Shown in pieces: positions 14,001 through 26,610 of a stretch of DNA of 64,000 bases. Position 1 is the first letter of the stretch, and every line of letters begins with the position of its first letter. The position numbers and the translations under genes are program-made. Source of the stretch: Trichoplax sp. H2 (lineage: Eukaryota). The stretch covers positions 1 through 64,000 of the forward strand of contig NOWV01000234.1 in assembly GCA_003344405.1 (NCBI GenBank), written 5' to 3'. Under the pieces are notes generated by a model, which had not been told where the DNA came from, made no database searches, and saw only the letters and a list, made by a program, of their open reading frames with translations.

Positions 14001-15189
14001 CTTCAGTATTATGGAGATTAATATAAGAATATGCATATGTAGCTTTAATGGATATAATTTTTCTTATAGATCATCTCTATCGAATTTACTCAATGACTAT
14101 AAGCTACATCCTTGAAAAGTTGTTCTAAATGAAATTGATAGATAAATTATTGTCATTAAACTGCGATTATTAGATGTTATACGAGATCGCCTAAGGCTAA
14201 TTAATTATTCGAACAGACATTGTATAGTTTATAAATTAAAATTCTTTATCCTCTACAAAATAATTTCGTACGAAATGATGCGACTATACTTATACAGCAA
14301 TATTGCTTATTTGTACCACGAATATTATATAACGTATCTTACTTCAAAATAATTCGATTATCGTAAGCTATGTCTTAAAGAAATTAATGCCTATCTATCG
14401 AAAAATGACAAGAAAAGTATAGATATCAAACGCAACAAGTGATACGACCATGACAACAGGAAGTAATGACAGCATGAATACTTTACAAACAATCATGTAC
14501 AATTTCCATCATCGTAGCAATAATGATATCTAAAGTGAACAATAAGTTCTCAAACAATAGCGAAACAATAGGATATAATTTACATTCACTAAGAAAACAA
14601 ATTATCTATAAGAGTTCAGCAGGTGATGATTGAAAAGAAGTGATTGGAGAAGTATCGTAGATATAGATACACATAGAAGTTAGACGTATTAGCATATTTC
14701 ATCCGAAACAGTTTTAATATAAAATAGCGAACTAATTAGAGCAGTTACTATTTTTAATTATCACGAATATGTTAATAAGCGCCATAGCGATAGATGGTAA
14801 AGAAACAAGTTAATCTTGAAAGTTGCCTAGGTGAGAAGAGTAAGTAAATTAAACTTCAGAGATGACTAGATCTTATAAAGTAGTTACCATTGATTTCACT
14901 TCTAGATTTTAGCAGATTGAAGCTAGAAGAAAGATTTAAATCTTTATTTTCTAAAGTTAGGAAAGAGTAATTGATTGGTTAACATTGTACTTATTTTAAA
15001 TCTTTAGAGATCAAATAGTGGATTAAGTGGACCTTGAGGAATACTTTGGCTAAACTTTTATCGATAGTAATCTGTATCCAAGAGAAACGATATCGATAAG
15101 TCATCAACTGTTATCTTAAATACTGGAAAAGTGAATTAGAATCGAGATATTACTTTTGTGAAACGTTTTATAACTACTGCACATCATCA

Positions 15190-16309
15190 ATGGGTAGTCG
15201 TCCTAGTAAATCAAGCGTGCCTGAAGCAGTTAAATCTCTCCGCCAGAAAGGCCATAATTATTTTAATGCTAGAAATTACAATCAAGCACGAAAATGTTAC
15301 GAACAAGCGTTAGATAAAATTGAGGCAATCACATATGCTAGTATCGAGCAAGATCAGTTTCGATGTGATGTCTATGTTGATATTTGTGATACATATCGAG
15401 GACAAGGTAAAAACTCAAAAGCGGATAAATTTAATCAGATAGCCAGAAAAATTGCACTTGAACTCGATGACGGCATTCGAATTGCTAAATGCTTAGATAG
15501 ACAAGGTGCTATCAAAAGTTTGAAAAATGATTTTACTGGCGCATTGGAGTATTTGAAAGGCTCGCTGGAATTAAAATTGAAAATATTAGGCGATCATAAT
15601 TTAGATGTTGCTGCCTCCTATTATAACTTAGGCAATATTTATCAAAGGCAAAAGATTTATGATAAAGCTGTCTCCATGCACCAGAAAGCCTTAGATATTC
15701 GTTTGACTCTAAGAGGACGTAATCATACTGATGTTGCTAATTCATACGATCTTATAGGAAATGCTTACCGCCGTCAAAATAAACACATCGATGCTTTGTT
15801 AATGTATCAGAATGCTCTAACTATAAGACAGGAATTACTTGGAGAGTATCATGCTGATGTCGCCGATTCATACAACAATATGGGAAACGCCTATAAGAAT
15901 CAATCTATGTATGATAATGCCCTGTCTACTTATCAGAAAGCTTTGGAAATTTATATGAAAATAAGTGGAGAAAACATACCAGAAGTGGCTTTATTATATC
16001 GTAACATGGCCAATGTCTACGAGAAACAGGATAATACTAATGATGCTGCAGCAATGCACAAAAAATTGACTGCTGTAAAGGAGAAATTAAAATCTGAAGC
16101 AGAGAATAGAAAGAATGTTCGAAACTCGAAAAAACAAGGAGGTATATTCACTATTGACTTCTATTTACTCTTAACTTATTGACTGCTGAGTTGTTTTTCT
16201 ATCAATGCGGCATTCTACTTGGTTGATCATAACAAAACTGATTTATTTGGAAATAGGATTAATTGAAGAGGAGACGGAAGTTATGACTGACGATGAAACT
16301 TTCGACTGA
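15190..16309 (+). CDS. TPR-repeat protein (kinesin-light-chain/NPHP3-like ~42-aa repeats) with predicted N-myristoylation motif, ~334 aa
   Basis: Exon 15190-16141 (MGSRPSKSS..., repeats of type H.DVA.SY.N.G..Y..Q..Y..AL.M.QKAL.I) splices at a phase-1 GT donor to an acidic micro-exon 16257-16309 (GLIEEETEVMTDDETFD*). Confidence 0.88.
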
Positions 16310-19300
16310 AGGTATTTATTTTTTTTTTATTTCCATACTTAAAAAATAAATTGCCGAAATCAATTTCTATAACGATTCAATGGCTTTTTGACAGTTCTAG
16401 CTCATTTAAAAATCAGATTCGTATTTTTGAATCTAATCAAGCACTTACTAATATTTCATCAATTACAGTCTATTACTGCGAAGTTATTTGATACTCGTTA
16501 GCTCGTTTATGTTAGATACTTCACGATTAAAGATTGTGACGGACAACTATGCGGTTATTTAGTAGCTGAGAGCTAGCAGTTTAGTAGTTTAATTTAAAGT
16601 CTAGAGTAAAATTTTAGATTAATTTCCAGAAATTCTGCTTAAACTTGTATGACAGCATTATTAAATTTTTGTAATATAACATCTCAACTTAGTATTTTTA
16701 CCTAAGCCATGCTTCATTAAAAATTATAATGGTGTTTTTTAAAGGCATATAGCGAATAAATTTTTTCATTTTCTCCTATATTACATATTAAGATATAAGG
16801 TAGTCTTCAAATAGAAAAATTATTTAGGAATAGTATCTGTATGAATTGGAACATGGTATTGCTACAGTTTCGATAAATAATAATTCATTCTCTAATTATG
16901 CTTACTTTGCAATCATAATTATATCCTAGACTTTGAAAATGACTTTAAGCACGGACTTACAGTATTTACTACTGAGCTTGGATCAAAATGTGATATCTAA
17001 AAAGCCTAAGCGCAAAAAAGCAAATCTGAAAAGCTCAAAAACAGTAAGGTTCTCTTAACTTATGTATCAAGTGCAGAGTGCAATTTTATTTTCTAGCACT
17101 ATAAAATAAGATGCGACTTTAGGAATTTTTCTTTGTCAAATGAATAAAATTTGACTCTACTACAAAATTGCATAACACCATATTTATAATTAAGTAAACT
17201 ATCGTAACTACATCGTTAACAAATATTTCCATTTCAATTTTCATTCTAAGTACAATTCAAATGATAAAATTGAACATCGCATTAACCTTTTCATAATATT
17301 TTAATGGCTAAAATACAACAGTTAAAGTGATAATCATCTAATTCAGTAAAATAAAACCATTAGTATTCATTACATTAGTTGGATACGTCTAGGCTATAGT
17401 TCTAAATAGAATCTATAAATAGCTGATGCAGCCGAAATGATGATAAAATTAGATCTGATTATCATATCAAGCTTTATTAGTACTGTAATTTCATGTTATA
17501 ATACTTATATTCCCGATTTAAATGCCGTCATATTTCATTTTCTATTTGTGGTACTGATCCGTTAGAACGGTAAAGGCACATTGATTGTCAGAAATTTTAT
17601 TTAATGATCATAACTATCCATATTGTAATAAATATATTCTGACTTGAAAGAATTAAAATCTGCTGAAAATTTTGTATTGATCTATTTGGATTGTCATGCT
17701 ATATACTATATAACAATAAAATAGGCTAGTAGACAGTATCTTTCTGCATGATTTCTACTGCATGGCAAATTAAAAAAATTTGAAGCTAGACACCCGGGTA
17801 TTACGCGTAATGGCCAATATTACCGGGCAATACGCGTATTGGCCAACTTCGGGTTTTGGCCGTAACTTATATACAAGTACTGATAATTTTTTGTATTAAA
17901 CATGATTCTCTGATTATTTTGATTCTTGATAAATTTAATCCTTGCCGGCATAGTTCTACACTCTTCGAAATGGGTATAAACACTGGGTACTACATTTAAC
18001 GCCTGTTGCTAATGTGGTCGTTGTTAGCAACCTAATTTTTTCAACTTTTAGTAAAATTTGATGTATTTGATCTCTAGTATATTTTCGCTAGAAAGCCTTA
18101 CAGAGACGTATAATGCACTAGTTTTTACAGAAAATTAGAACATTTACGGGTGTTTAGATATATCTTTATCACATTAGAGCTTATTATGCAAACAAATCTT
18201 GAGATTTACGTACTTACGTGAAGACAATATAATTTCGAAATGTCGTTTTCTGTCGCAATTTACTGTAAACACATCGAAATAGCATTTCAATTTATTCTCT
18301 TATTAAAAATAGAAATAACGCGTTCAGTAACAGTTACCATAGAATTATTTGTTACTACTATGTTATTATTTGAATATTACGTTCTTTCGGAAGCGTTTAT
18401 TTAATTATAGTGATTGCACAATTGTATTTATGAGCCAATTTGCCATTTCTTTTAATTTTAGTTGTGGAATTTTTAATTTAAACTTAGTACAAATTTTTGC
18501 TTACTACATACCATATTACTTGAAGTTTTAATCGAGTTCAAAGGCAATAAAATCAAATTTTTTCTAGTCTTGTTTTTTTGGGCAATAATTACATCTAGTC
18601 TATCTATGATTCTACAGAATTTTAACTCTAGTTTTTGGATTGGAATTTAACTTCCGGTTAGTATCAACTTCTATCTCTATTGTAGTATTTAGTTTTATGT
18701 ACATCACCATAATCACAGTGCTTAATTTCAGTGTTTATTTACGGTAATATATTCTTAATAACGTAAAAGACCTAATCTAGACGGATGAATACAGCATGTA
18801 ATTGAAGTAAAGTAGGTTTAGTTTGTTGAAATAAAATCTCAAAGGGTAAAATAAAGGGATAATCCAAAATCTTTAATCCTGCTTTCAGCTACTATAATAG
18901 AGCCGCTGTCTACACTGACTTCGTTTTATTAGTTATAAATATATATTATGCGGATTAATGATGAACATTAATTTAGATATTTCCATAGGTTATCTACGCA
19001 CATGACCATAATGACAACATCATTTATTTGCTGTAACACGATTCGAAGGATCCTATCTATACTAAGTACTGGATTATATTACTCGATGCCACATTTAGGG
19101 TTTTATAAGCTATTTACCTGATACTAAATAAATTGTAGTTGGTAATTGGTCACTGCATTAAAATTATACTTAATGATGCAAGACCGTAAAATGGCGAAGA
19201 ACATTACAAAGAATCGTTTTAAGGCTGAATGGTTGATAATAATGGCAATATTGTAATTAACAGATATAAATAGAAGTAGGGTACTTTCCGAGAGTAATTT

Positions 19301-19767
19301 TCATATTAGAGATAGTTTTTATATTTGTAATAGTATTAAGCTTAATAAACTACATTATATTGAAAACTAAATTATCCTTGATGATGACTCCAAAGCTGTT
19401 TAACCCTTTAACAGAGTAAGTACAAGGTTATGATGACTTATAATTGCCTGCGGTCTAAGCGGAAGTAAAGAAAATACTATCAGCTTACTAATATAACCAC
19501 AGCATATTCTATCTGCAATATAAATATATCTTAAAATTACTGTTAGTTGGCAGAACACGGAATTATGAAATTGTATCTTGTGTAGCTCATATTAAATGGG
19601 GAGAAGAACTAACTAGCACTTCAATTTGAATAGCTTATCTAATAATTATTAAATAGTAGTCATGAATACTCATTCAATTTTAAAATATTATCCGTCCGTT
19701 ATACAAAAATAGCCCAAAATGTTCATTGGTTATTGCTTATGATATCATGAAATTAAGCGATGTTGAC

Positions 19768-20554
19768 ATGGACGATCTAGTAACGAAATTAATTGTCCCA
19801 CAAGAGGCAAAAGGTGTTCAACGATAAAGGTAATGAAGATTATAATTGGAGGAATTATTCTTTGGCACGGTTTTATTGTAAACAGGCCTTGAAAAAAGTT
19901 CAAATTCTCTATACGAATGCTGTTTGCGATCAGTTAACATGTCATTTTTAACTTCTAATTTCTGATACGTACCGAAGAGAAAATTAATGGAAAAATGCAT
20001 GAAAATATTTACGGAAAGCAGAAAACTAGGCTAATAAACTTGATGACAAAGTACAGATTGCTATTTGCCTGGATATTCGAGGGATGGTAAATCTTTCAAA
20101 AGAATACTATTGTAAAGGATTGCAATATTTAAATCGTTCACTTCGATTAAAATTACAAGCACTAGGACAAAAAAACATTAATATTACTGACTCGTACTAT
20201 TACATTGGAATCACCAGTTTTCATCAATGTTATTATGACCATGCACTAGCTATGTTTTGGCAAGCCCTCACTATTTTGCAAAGGATGCCTGATCATAAAT
20301 CTAAAATTGCTGGATTAAGAAATAATATGGAAATTATTTATCATCATCGATCAAGGTATCAGGATGCTCTGGAACAGTATCAACAGGCGCTACGTCTTCG
20401 ATTACGACTATCAGAGGATATCTATTCGATGTTATCGGACCCTACAAAAATATTGGACTAGTTTATGAGAATCAAGGCCAATACGATTATGCATTAAATA
20501 TGTATAAAATGGCTTTAGATATGGAGTCGAAACATGCCCGTACAAATTATTCAG
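19768..20554 (+). pseudogene. TPR-family pseudogene, 5' portion (truncated at junction with duplicated block A)
   Basis: Translation aligns with the 15190 protein (DKGNEDYNWRNYSLARFYCKQALKK...SDTYR...KLDDKVQIAICLDIRG) but carries at least four in-frame stops at ~19948-20029 and frameshifts. Confidence 0.85.
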
Positions 20555-21225
20555 CTACAAATGCGGGATTTGCTACTTTAAAAGAATAAAGAGTTCAAAG
20601 CTTTACAGATTCTTTCTAGTATCTTGCTAGGCGCATAACTTAAATATGGACAATCTTCTACCGTCAGTAAATCGTGCTTAAGGTATATTTCTAATCCAAT
20701 TAGACTAATAGTTAATTCATAAATTGCATTTGTATATTTTTCGCAATTTCTTGCAGGTAATTTGTTTTATAAAAACGGTTGTTGGCGAGTATGGTCATTA
20801 GACAGTTTTATCTGGCTTTATTGGTGGTTTGTTTTTGACTATTTTAAGCTAACTTGAAGCAAACTCTTTTGCTCAATTGAGCCGAATTTTATCTAGTATG
20901 CTTAGAAATTTTTCAATGGGAGGTTCTCGAATGAGATTAATGCTAACTATTCGTGTAATTATTTTATTACTTTAAGTATAATTATTGATATATAATTGCC
21001 GGGTATTGTTACAAATCTCATCGGAGAATAGGGTTCTAAGTCTTTAACTAATTACTGTAGTGTATTTTTTAGTGCAACCAATTCATATAAAATCATAACA
21101 AGTATATTTTACGCACTTTTTACAGATCATTTGTTTCATAACAACAGTTGTTGGCAATAATCATCATTAGAATATTCTATCTAACTCTATTAGTCATTTG
21201 CTTCATGATTGCTTTAAACCAACTT
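20554..21225 (+). repeat. Duplicated block A (copy of 33886-34534)
   Basis: Colinear high-identity match from GCTACAAATGCGGGATTTGCTAC to TTTAAACCAACTT, with scattered substitutions and small indels. Confidence 0.93.
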
Positions 21226-22516
21226 ATGATGACTGTGTTGTAGATTTGTAATACCGTGCATGATTATATTAGAAAAGGCGGATCGATAATTTACTATAGA
21301 TAATCATATTTTGTAAAGTAAACTATAGCTAGAATAGTTAGTAATTAAATGTATGAGTTAAATGCTACAACCCACAAGGCGAAAAATGTAAGCTGAAATA
21401 TCTATAAATACCCGGCATTTTTAATAATATAGCTTTAGTCGCAAATCTCCCTGGCAAAGTAGAACTCACTGCGTAATAGCAGAGCATTCGATATATGAGT
21501 TAAATGCTACGACCCACAAGGCAAAAGGTGTAAGCTGAAATATCTATAAATACCCGGCATTTTTAATAATAAAGCTTTAGTCGCAAATCTTCCTGGCAAA
21601 GTAGAACTCACTGCTTAATAGCATAACATAACATACTTTAGTTATGTCATCTTCATTATGGGTTGAAATAAATATTAAAAATGTTACAATTGCTTATCAT
21701 AGGGAATAGAACTCCATCGATTCCGAGATTTTAGAATAGTTTTGCACTAGCAGGAAATGCATGTGGTTGAATCCAATAGCTGATAAAATACTGTCATGAT
21801 TTCAGCTAATTGCAGTAGTTCTGCGCTATACTACAGATATTTTACTATTGCCAAAGATTGGAGTACTGGCACTATCGTTAGCCTACTTTTTGCAGTAAAA
21901 TCTTCGGTCATACCTTGAATAAAATAGAGGTATAGTGTGTGACTAATAATACGTGTAGAATAGCTTGCTTATTATCCTTAGTGTCTAGAGAAAAAGTTAT
22001 TGCAGTAAATTACTATCGTATTTCCTTTAATGCCTTGCTACTAGTAGGATGAAATTGAAATTCAGTACGTTAAGCACCAAGGAAAAATGATTCATAAAAT
22101 GGTGGTAATGAGTTTTTAGCACGAATGAAAGAATTCTTTTTTAATCTCTAGTCGGTACTAGTAAGATGGAATTCAAACTCGGTTCGTTAAGCTATATAAT
22201 TGTGGCAATGAGTTTAGGGGCTAATGAAAGAATTCTTTTTTAATCTCCAGCACAGTACTAGTAAAATGGAATTGAAATTTGGTTATTTTCTCCTTCAGTT
22301 AATCTCAAATCTTCAAGAATAACCTTTCAAAGTTTCAATCATTGACAACACATGTTTAGCCTGAAGCAATCGATTTATTGATTGCCACTGATAGACATCA
22401 GCAGCAATAGAACTTGTTATTATATAATCTACATTGATCGAGTACCAAATTCTTCTTTTCCATGCTTTGACAATTCAATCTATACTACGCCCTGTACATT
22501 AGAGTTATAGAATAAA
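21225..22516 (+). repeat. Duplicated block B (copy of 46632-48164 with internal deletion); contains a ~144-bp tandem pair
   Basis: Colinear match from TATGATGACTGTGTTGTAG to AGAGTTATAGAATAAA, ending exactly at the N gap. It has fewer copies of the ~110-bp subrepeat than the downstream copy. Confidence 0.93.
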
Positions 22517-22536
22517 NNNNNNNNNNNNNNNNNNNN
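22517..22536. other. Assembly gap (20 N)
   Basis: Run of 20 N. Confidence 1.
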
Positions 22537-23640
22537 GCAATATTTAAATCGTTCACTTCGATTAAAATTACAAGCACTAGGACAAAAAAACATTAATATT
22601 ACTGACTCGTACTATTACATTGGAATCACCAGTTTTCATCAATGTTATTATGACCATGCACTAGCTATGTTTTGGCAAGCCCTCACTATTTTGCAAAGGA
22701 TGCCTGATCATAAATCTAAAATTGCTGGATTAAGAAATAATATGGAAGTTATTTATCATCATCGATCAAGGTATCAGGATGCTCTGGAACAGTATCAACA
22801 GGCGCTACGTCTTCGATTACGACTATCAGAGGATATCTATTCGATGTTATCGGACCCTACAAAAATATTGGACTAGTTTATGAGAATCAAGGCCAATACG
22901 ATTATGCATTAAATATGTATAAAATGGCTTTAGATATGGAGTCGAAACATGCCCGTGCAAATTATTCAGATATAGCTGATTTATATAATGCCATAGGAAC
23001 TATGCACAAGTATTAGCATAAATACTCTGAAGCCCTTTCAATGTATTAATTTGTGCTTAATATCAAATTAAAATTTCATGAAAGAGACTATGCTGACATT
23101 GCTGATCTTTATACTTCATTGGGAAATATCTATTGTAGCCTTTTGCAATATGATAAAGCACTTTCCTTGCTTGAAAAGGCTCTCAATATGAGAATAAAAT
23201 TGCATGGAAAGAATCATCTCGATGTTATTGATGCTTATGCAAATTTAAGAATTCTTTACTTTTCACAATCGAACAACGAAAAGGTTCTGATGATGCTAGA
23301 ACGTGTATTAAATATTAAATTAAAGTTATGTGGGAAAAACTGCTATGAGGTGACTAATTCATACACTGATATAGGAAATTTATATGTTCTACTGTTTATT
23401 TTTGATGATGCTATGGCTATGCATCGGAAGGCATTAAGTATCGGATTAAAGTTGTACTGAGATAATCACTTAGATATTGCCAATTCCTACTTTAATATAG
23501 GAAATATCCGTTTTCATCAATCAGTATACAAGCAAGTTCTTTTAAATTATAACAGAGCTATTTCCATTTATAGCAGATTAGGTGAAGAAATACAAGTACA
23601 GGCGGCATTAGTATACAATAGTATAGGTATGCTATACGTT
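22537..23640 (+). pseudogene. TPR-family pseudogene, 3' portion; first 433 bp nearly identical to 20122-20554
   Basis: TPR repeats (ADIADLYTSLGNIY...YDKALSLLEKALNMR) are interrupted by stops (~23014, ~23047, 23458-23460) and by the same frameshift as the upstream copy. Confidence 0.88.
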
Positions 23641-26610
23641 GTTAGTCCGAATTTGTTTGCACAACGCTAACCTATATATTTTCTGTACAATTCTATATTG
23701 TTGTCTCTTTTAATTTCTATGATATTCTCAAGTTTCTTCGACACTTACCATAAATGTTTGCCTAGCTGAAACGAATAAAGGACTGTGCCCAGCTGTAAAG
23801 TAGATTGAGTTTTTTTCAGCCTGGTATCAGACATGTTCATCCTAGTCATACAGTTATACACTTATACTAGCAAAGTTTATATTTATAGATGTTGAATTAT
23901 GTTTACAGTATACAAAATTTGTGACCTCTTTGATAATTGTAGCATAGGTAAACTGCTTCTATAAACTTTAATGTCCATTACTCACGATACACCTTCTATG
24001 GCCAACTTGCGGCAGTATTAACAACTAGGTACATATCACGAAATTTTATGACTATTTTAAATCAAATGATGACCAGCTCATTTGCTTGATAGAACCGAAA
24101 CTATTCTAGCATTCTGAGGATATTTCTCATGGCAAAGTTTTAATGAGATTAATTGTTATACTAATTATTTTACTACTCTAAGTAGGATTATGGATATATA
24201 TGCGTATTACCTGGCACATTATATGTATTGCTTAAAGATAAGTTATTCTCAAGCGACTGTTGTTGGTCAGTATCGTCATGACAAAGTTTTATCTGTCTGC
24301 TTTAGGTATTTTATAGTTGATTTTGATCAGAGCATGATCAAAGCATATTGCCAGAATAAATATAAAAACGAACCCGATAAATATTGATTATACAGTAGCA
24401 TAACTATGACTAATAAATGCTTCGAAGAGTGGAATGCTAACTTGAGTTTGTTTATTTATCTAGTATTATCTGCGCACTATATAATTAAATAGATGGGATT
24501 AAAGCAATAGATCAAAGTCTTTAGTGTGATACTGCTTATGAATTGAGAATTGAAATTAAAGTACTACAGTATAGTTACTGTTCAGGCTAACGAGAAATCA
24601 GTGACCACTTTACTGCATATATACAGTACTATGACGTATTACGTAGATATAAGCATTGACTTCTTTTTCATCAATTATTTTATCATAACCATCAACTTCT
24701 TATCATAGAGATGATTATAACCTGATTTAGCTTGGAAATTCCCCAAGTATTGAATGCGTATAATGACGTCAGCTAATACATAATATGAGAAAAATGTAGC
24801 TAAATACCTTTAAATTTTCCTAAATGGTGAATGAAATGTTATACTCTTTTGCAAATTGATGACATTAGATAATCACAAGGGGTTATTTAGATAGTGGAAT
24901 TAGAACGTCGATTCCTTCAGCCAAAATTGGAACGTATTTAATTTTAAAGCACCTTTCTAATCCTTTTATATCATTTCATCATTGATGATTACTGGTATAA
25001 AATAGGGGAATAGAGAACTGCTACTGGCTCAGGATGATCGTAATGAATAACTAATAATAGTAAGAGGTTCATTTTGAGCTCAAGTAATATCTTTATTTAC
25101 GAGCTACTGCGTAGAGAAATAACTGTAAAATCTCTATGAATTTATAATCGTTAATTTTGACAACTATGATCATTATATAATCCAATACTAGTACTTGCTG
25201 ATACTTGAGTTTTAGCTTTGCATTTGTATGGAGCGCATATAGGATATCAGTTAGAATAGCTGCGGCTATAATTTATGGCCGCTTAATATAGCTAAAGTAT
25301 GAAAATAAATTCTCCATAATAGTGAATTGAAACAATGTCTTCTTATTGATAAACATTACGCTCCTCATTAATGATGTAATGAAATTTTTCCAAAGTTATA
25401 AATAAATACCCGAATACAAGGCAAACTTAAATAAATAAATTCATTTCCTCGGTTATAAACCGCTTATTCACTAGAAATTAGTTTGTTTAGGATCAGCAAA
25501 GTGCAAAGCAATAAAAAGGCTAGAAATAGAATACTATTTGTTCATTTAGCAGCGCCATTATCGATAAAGGTAAATTTAAGAAAGAAAAAATGATTTTGAA
25601 TTCTTTTGCATCACACTTCTGCTTTTAGTACCGGTATCTATTTCGACCGCTTTTAATAGCTTTGAGTGGTTCAGTTAAAGGTTACAGGAAAAGTTTATCA
25701 ATTTTATTACTGCTGAGATATTTTCCTATTCCAAAGTTTATCGATTTCACCACTGCTAAAATTTATGGAGTTTAGCAATTCTGGAATACTTTCCCGTTCC
25801 AAAAGTTAGAGATTTTATTAATGTTAAAATGCTTTCCTAATCCATTAATTACGTTCGTGAGCATATCAATAGATTAGCTAGCTGTGAGGTTGATAGATCA
25901 AGAATCTTCAAAACTTTCGAATATTAAGATTTATTGAACAAAACCTCGCTAACGAAGATATAACATAATCGATTAGCCGAGGATCTCTAACGAGAAAGAA
26001 CTATCTTGCTATAATAAACTACTCGCTTATATACTTTTCCGCGTTCGCAGTCTTTTAGCACCTTACTTACTACACACTTCAGTATTAGCATCTCAAATAC
26101 AGGATAGTTTACACCTTTCATGTAAAGCTCTAGTGTGAGCACTGTAGCGCTCTTCTTCAAAAGGATTACAGTTACTAAACTAGCTATATTTAATACTTAA
26201 GCCTCCAACGAGAATATCTATCACATATTGAACACAGTAACTACGGTAGACATTACTAAATATATTATCAACTTAGAATACAATATTACACTGTCTTGCT
26301 CTAGCTAAGGAATGATTTGAAAAATTGATTTCCAATTTCGTTGCATTACTTCGGCTTTTAGTATTTATTTCGACCGTACTTAATAGCTTGAAGTAGTTTA
26401 TAATATAGATTTTATCTATACTAAAATACTTTCCTATTTCATTAATAGTGTTCACGAATATATCAATAGGATATTGAGCTAAATGCAGTAACCATCTAAT
26501 GCATTTCTAAGTCTCGTTGATTAATCGCATAATAAAGATTTATTTATTGACATGATTTCATCGTAGATTTTCCCAGCGACTACTAAAGTAATACTACCTT
26601 GGATGTCGAT

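Noticed and set aside
20084..23460. ORFs 20084-20461, 22667-22876 and 23053-23460 as independent small TPR genes
   Set aside because: They are fragments of one decayed TPR reading frame bounded by stops and frameshifts.
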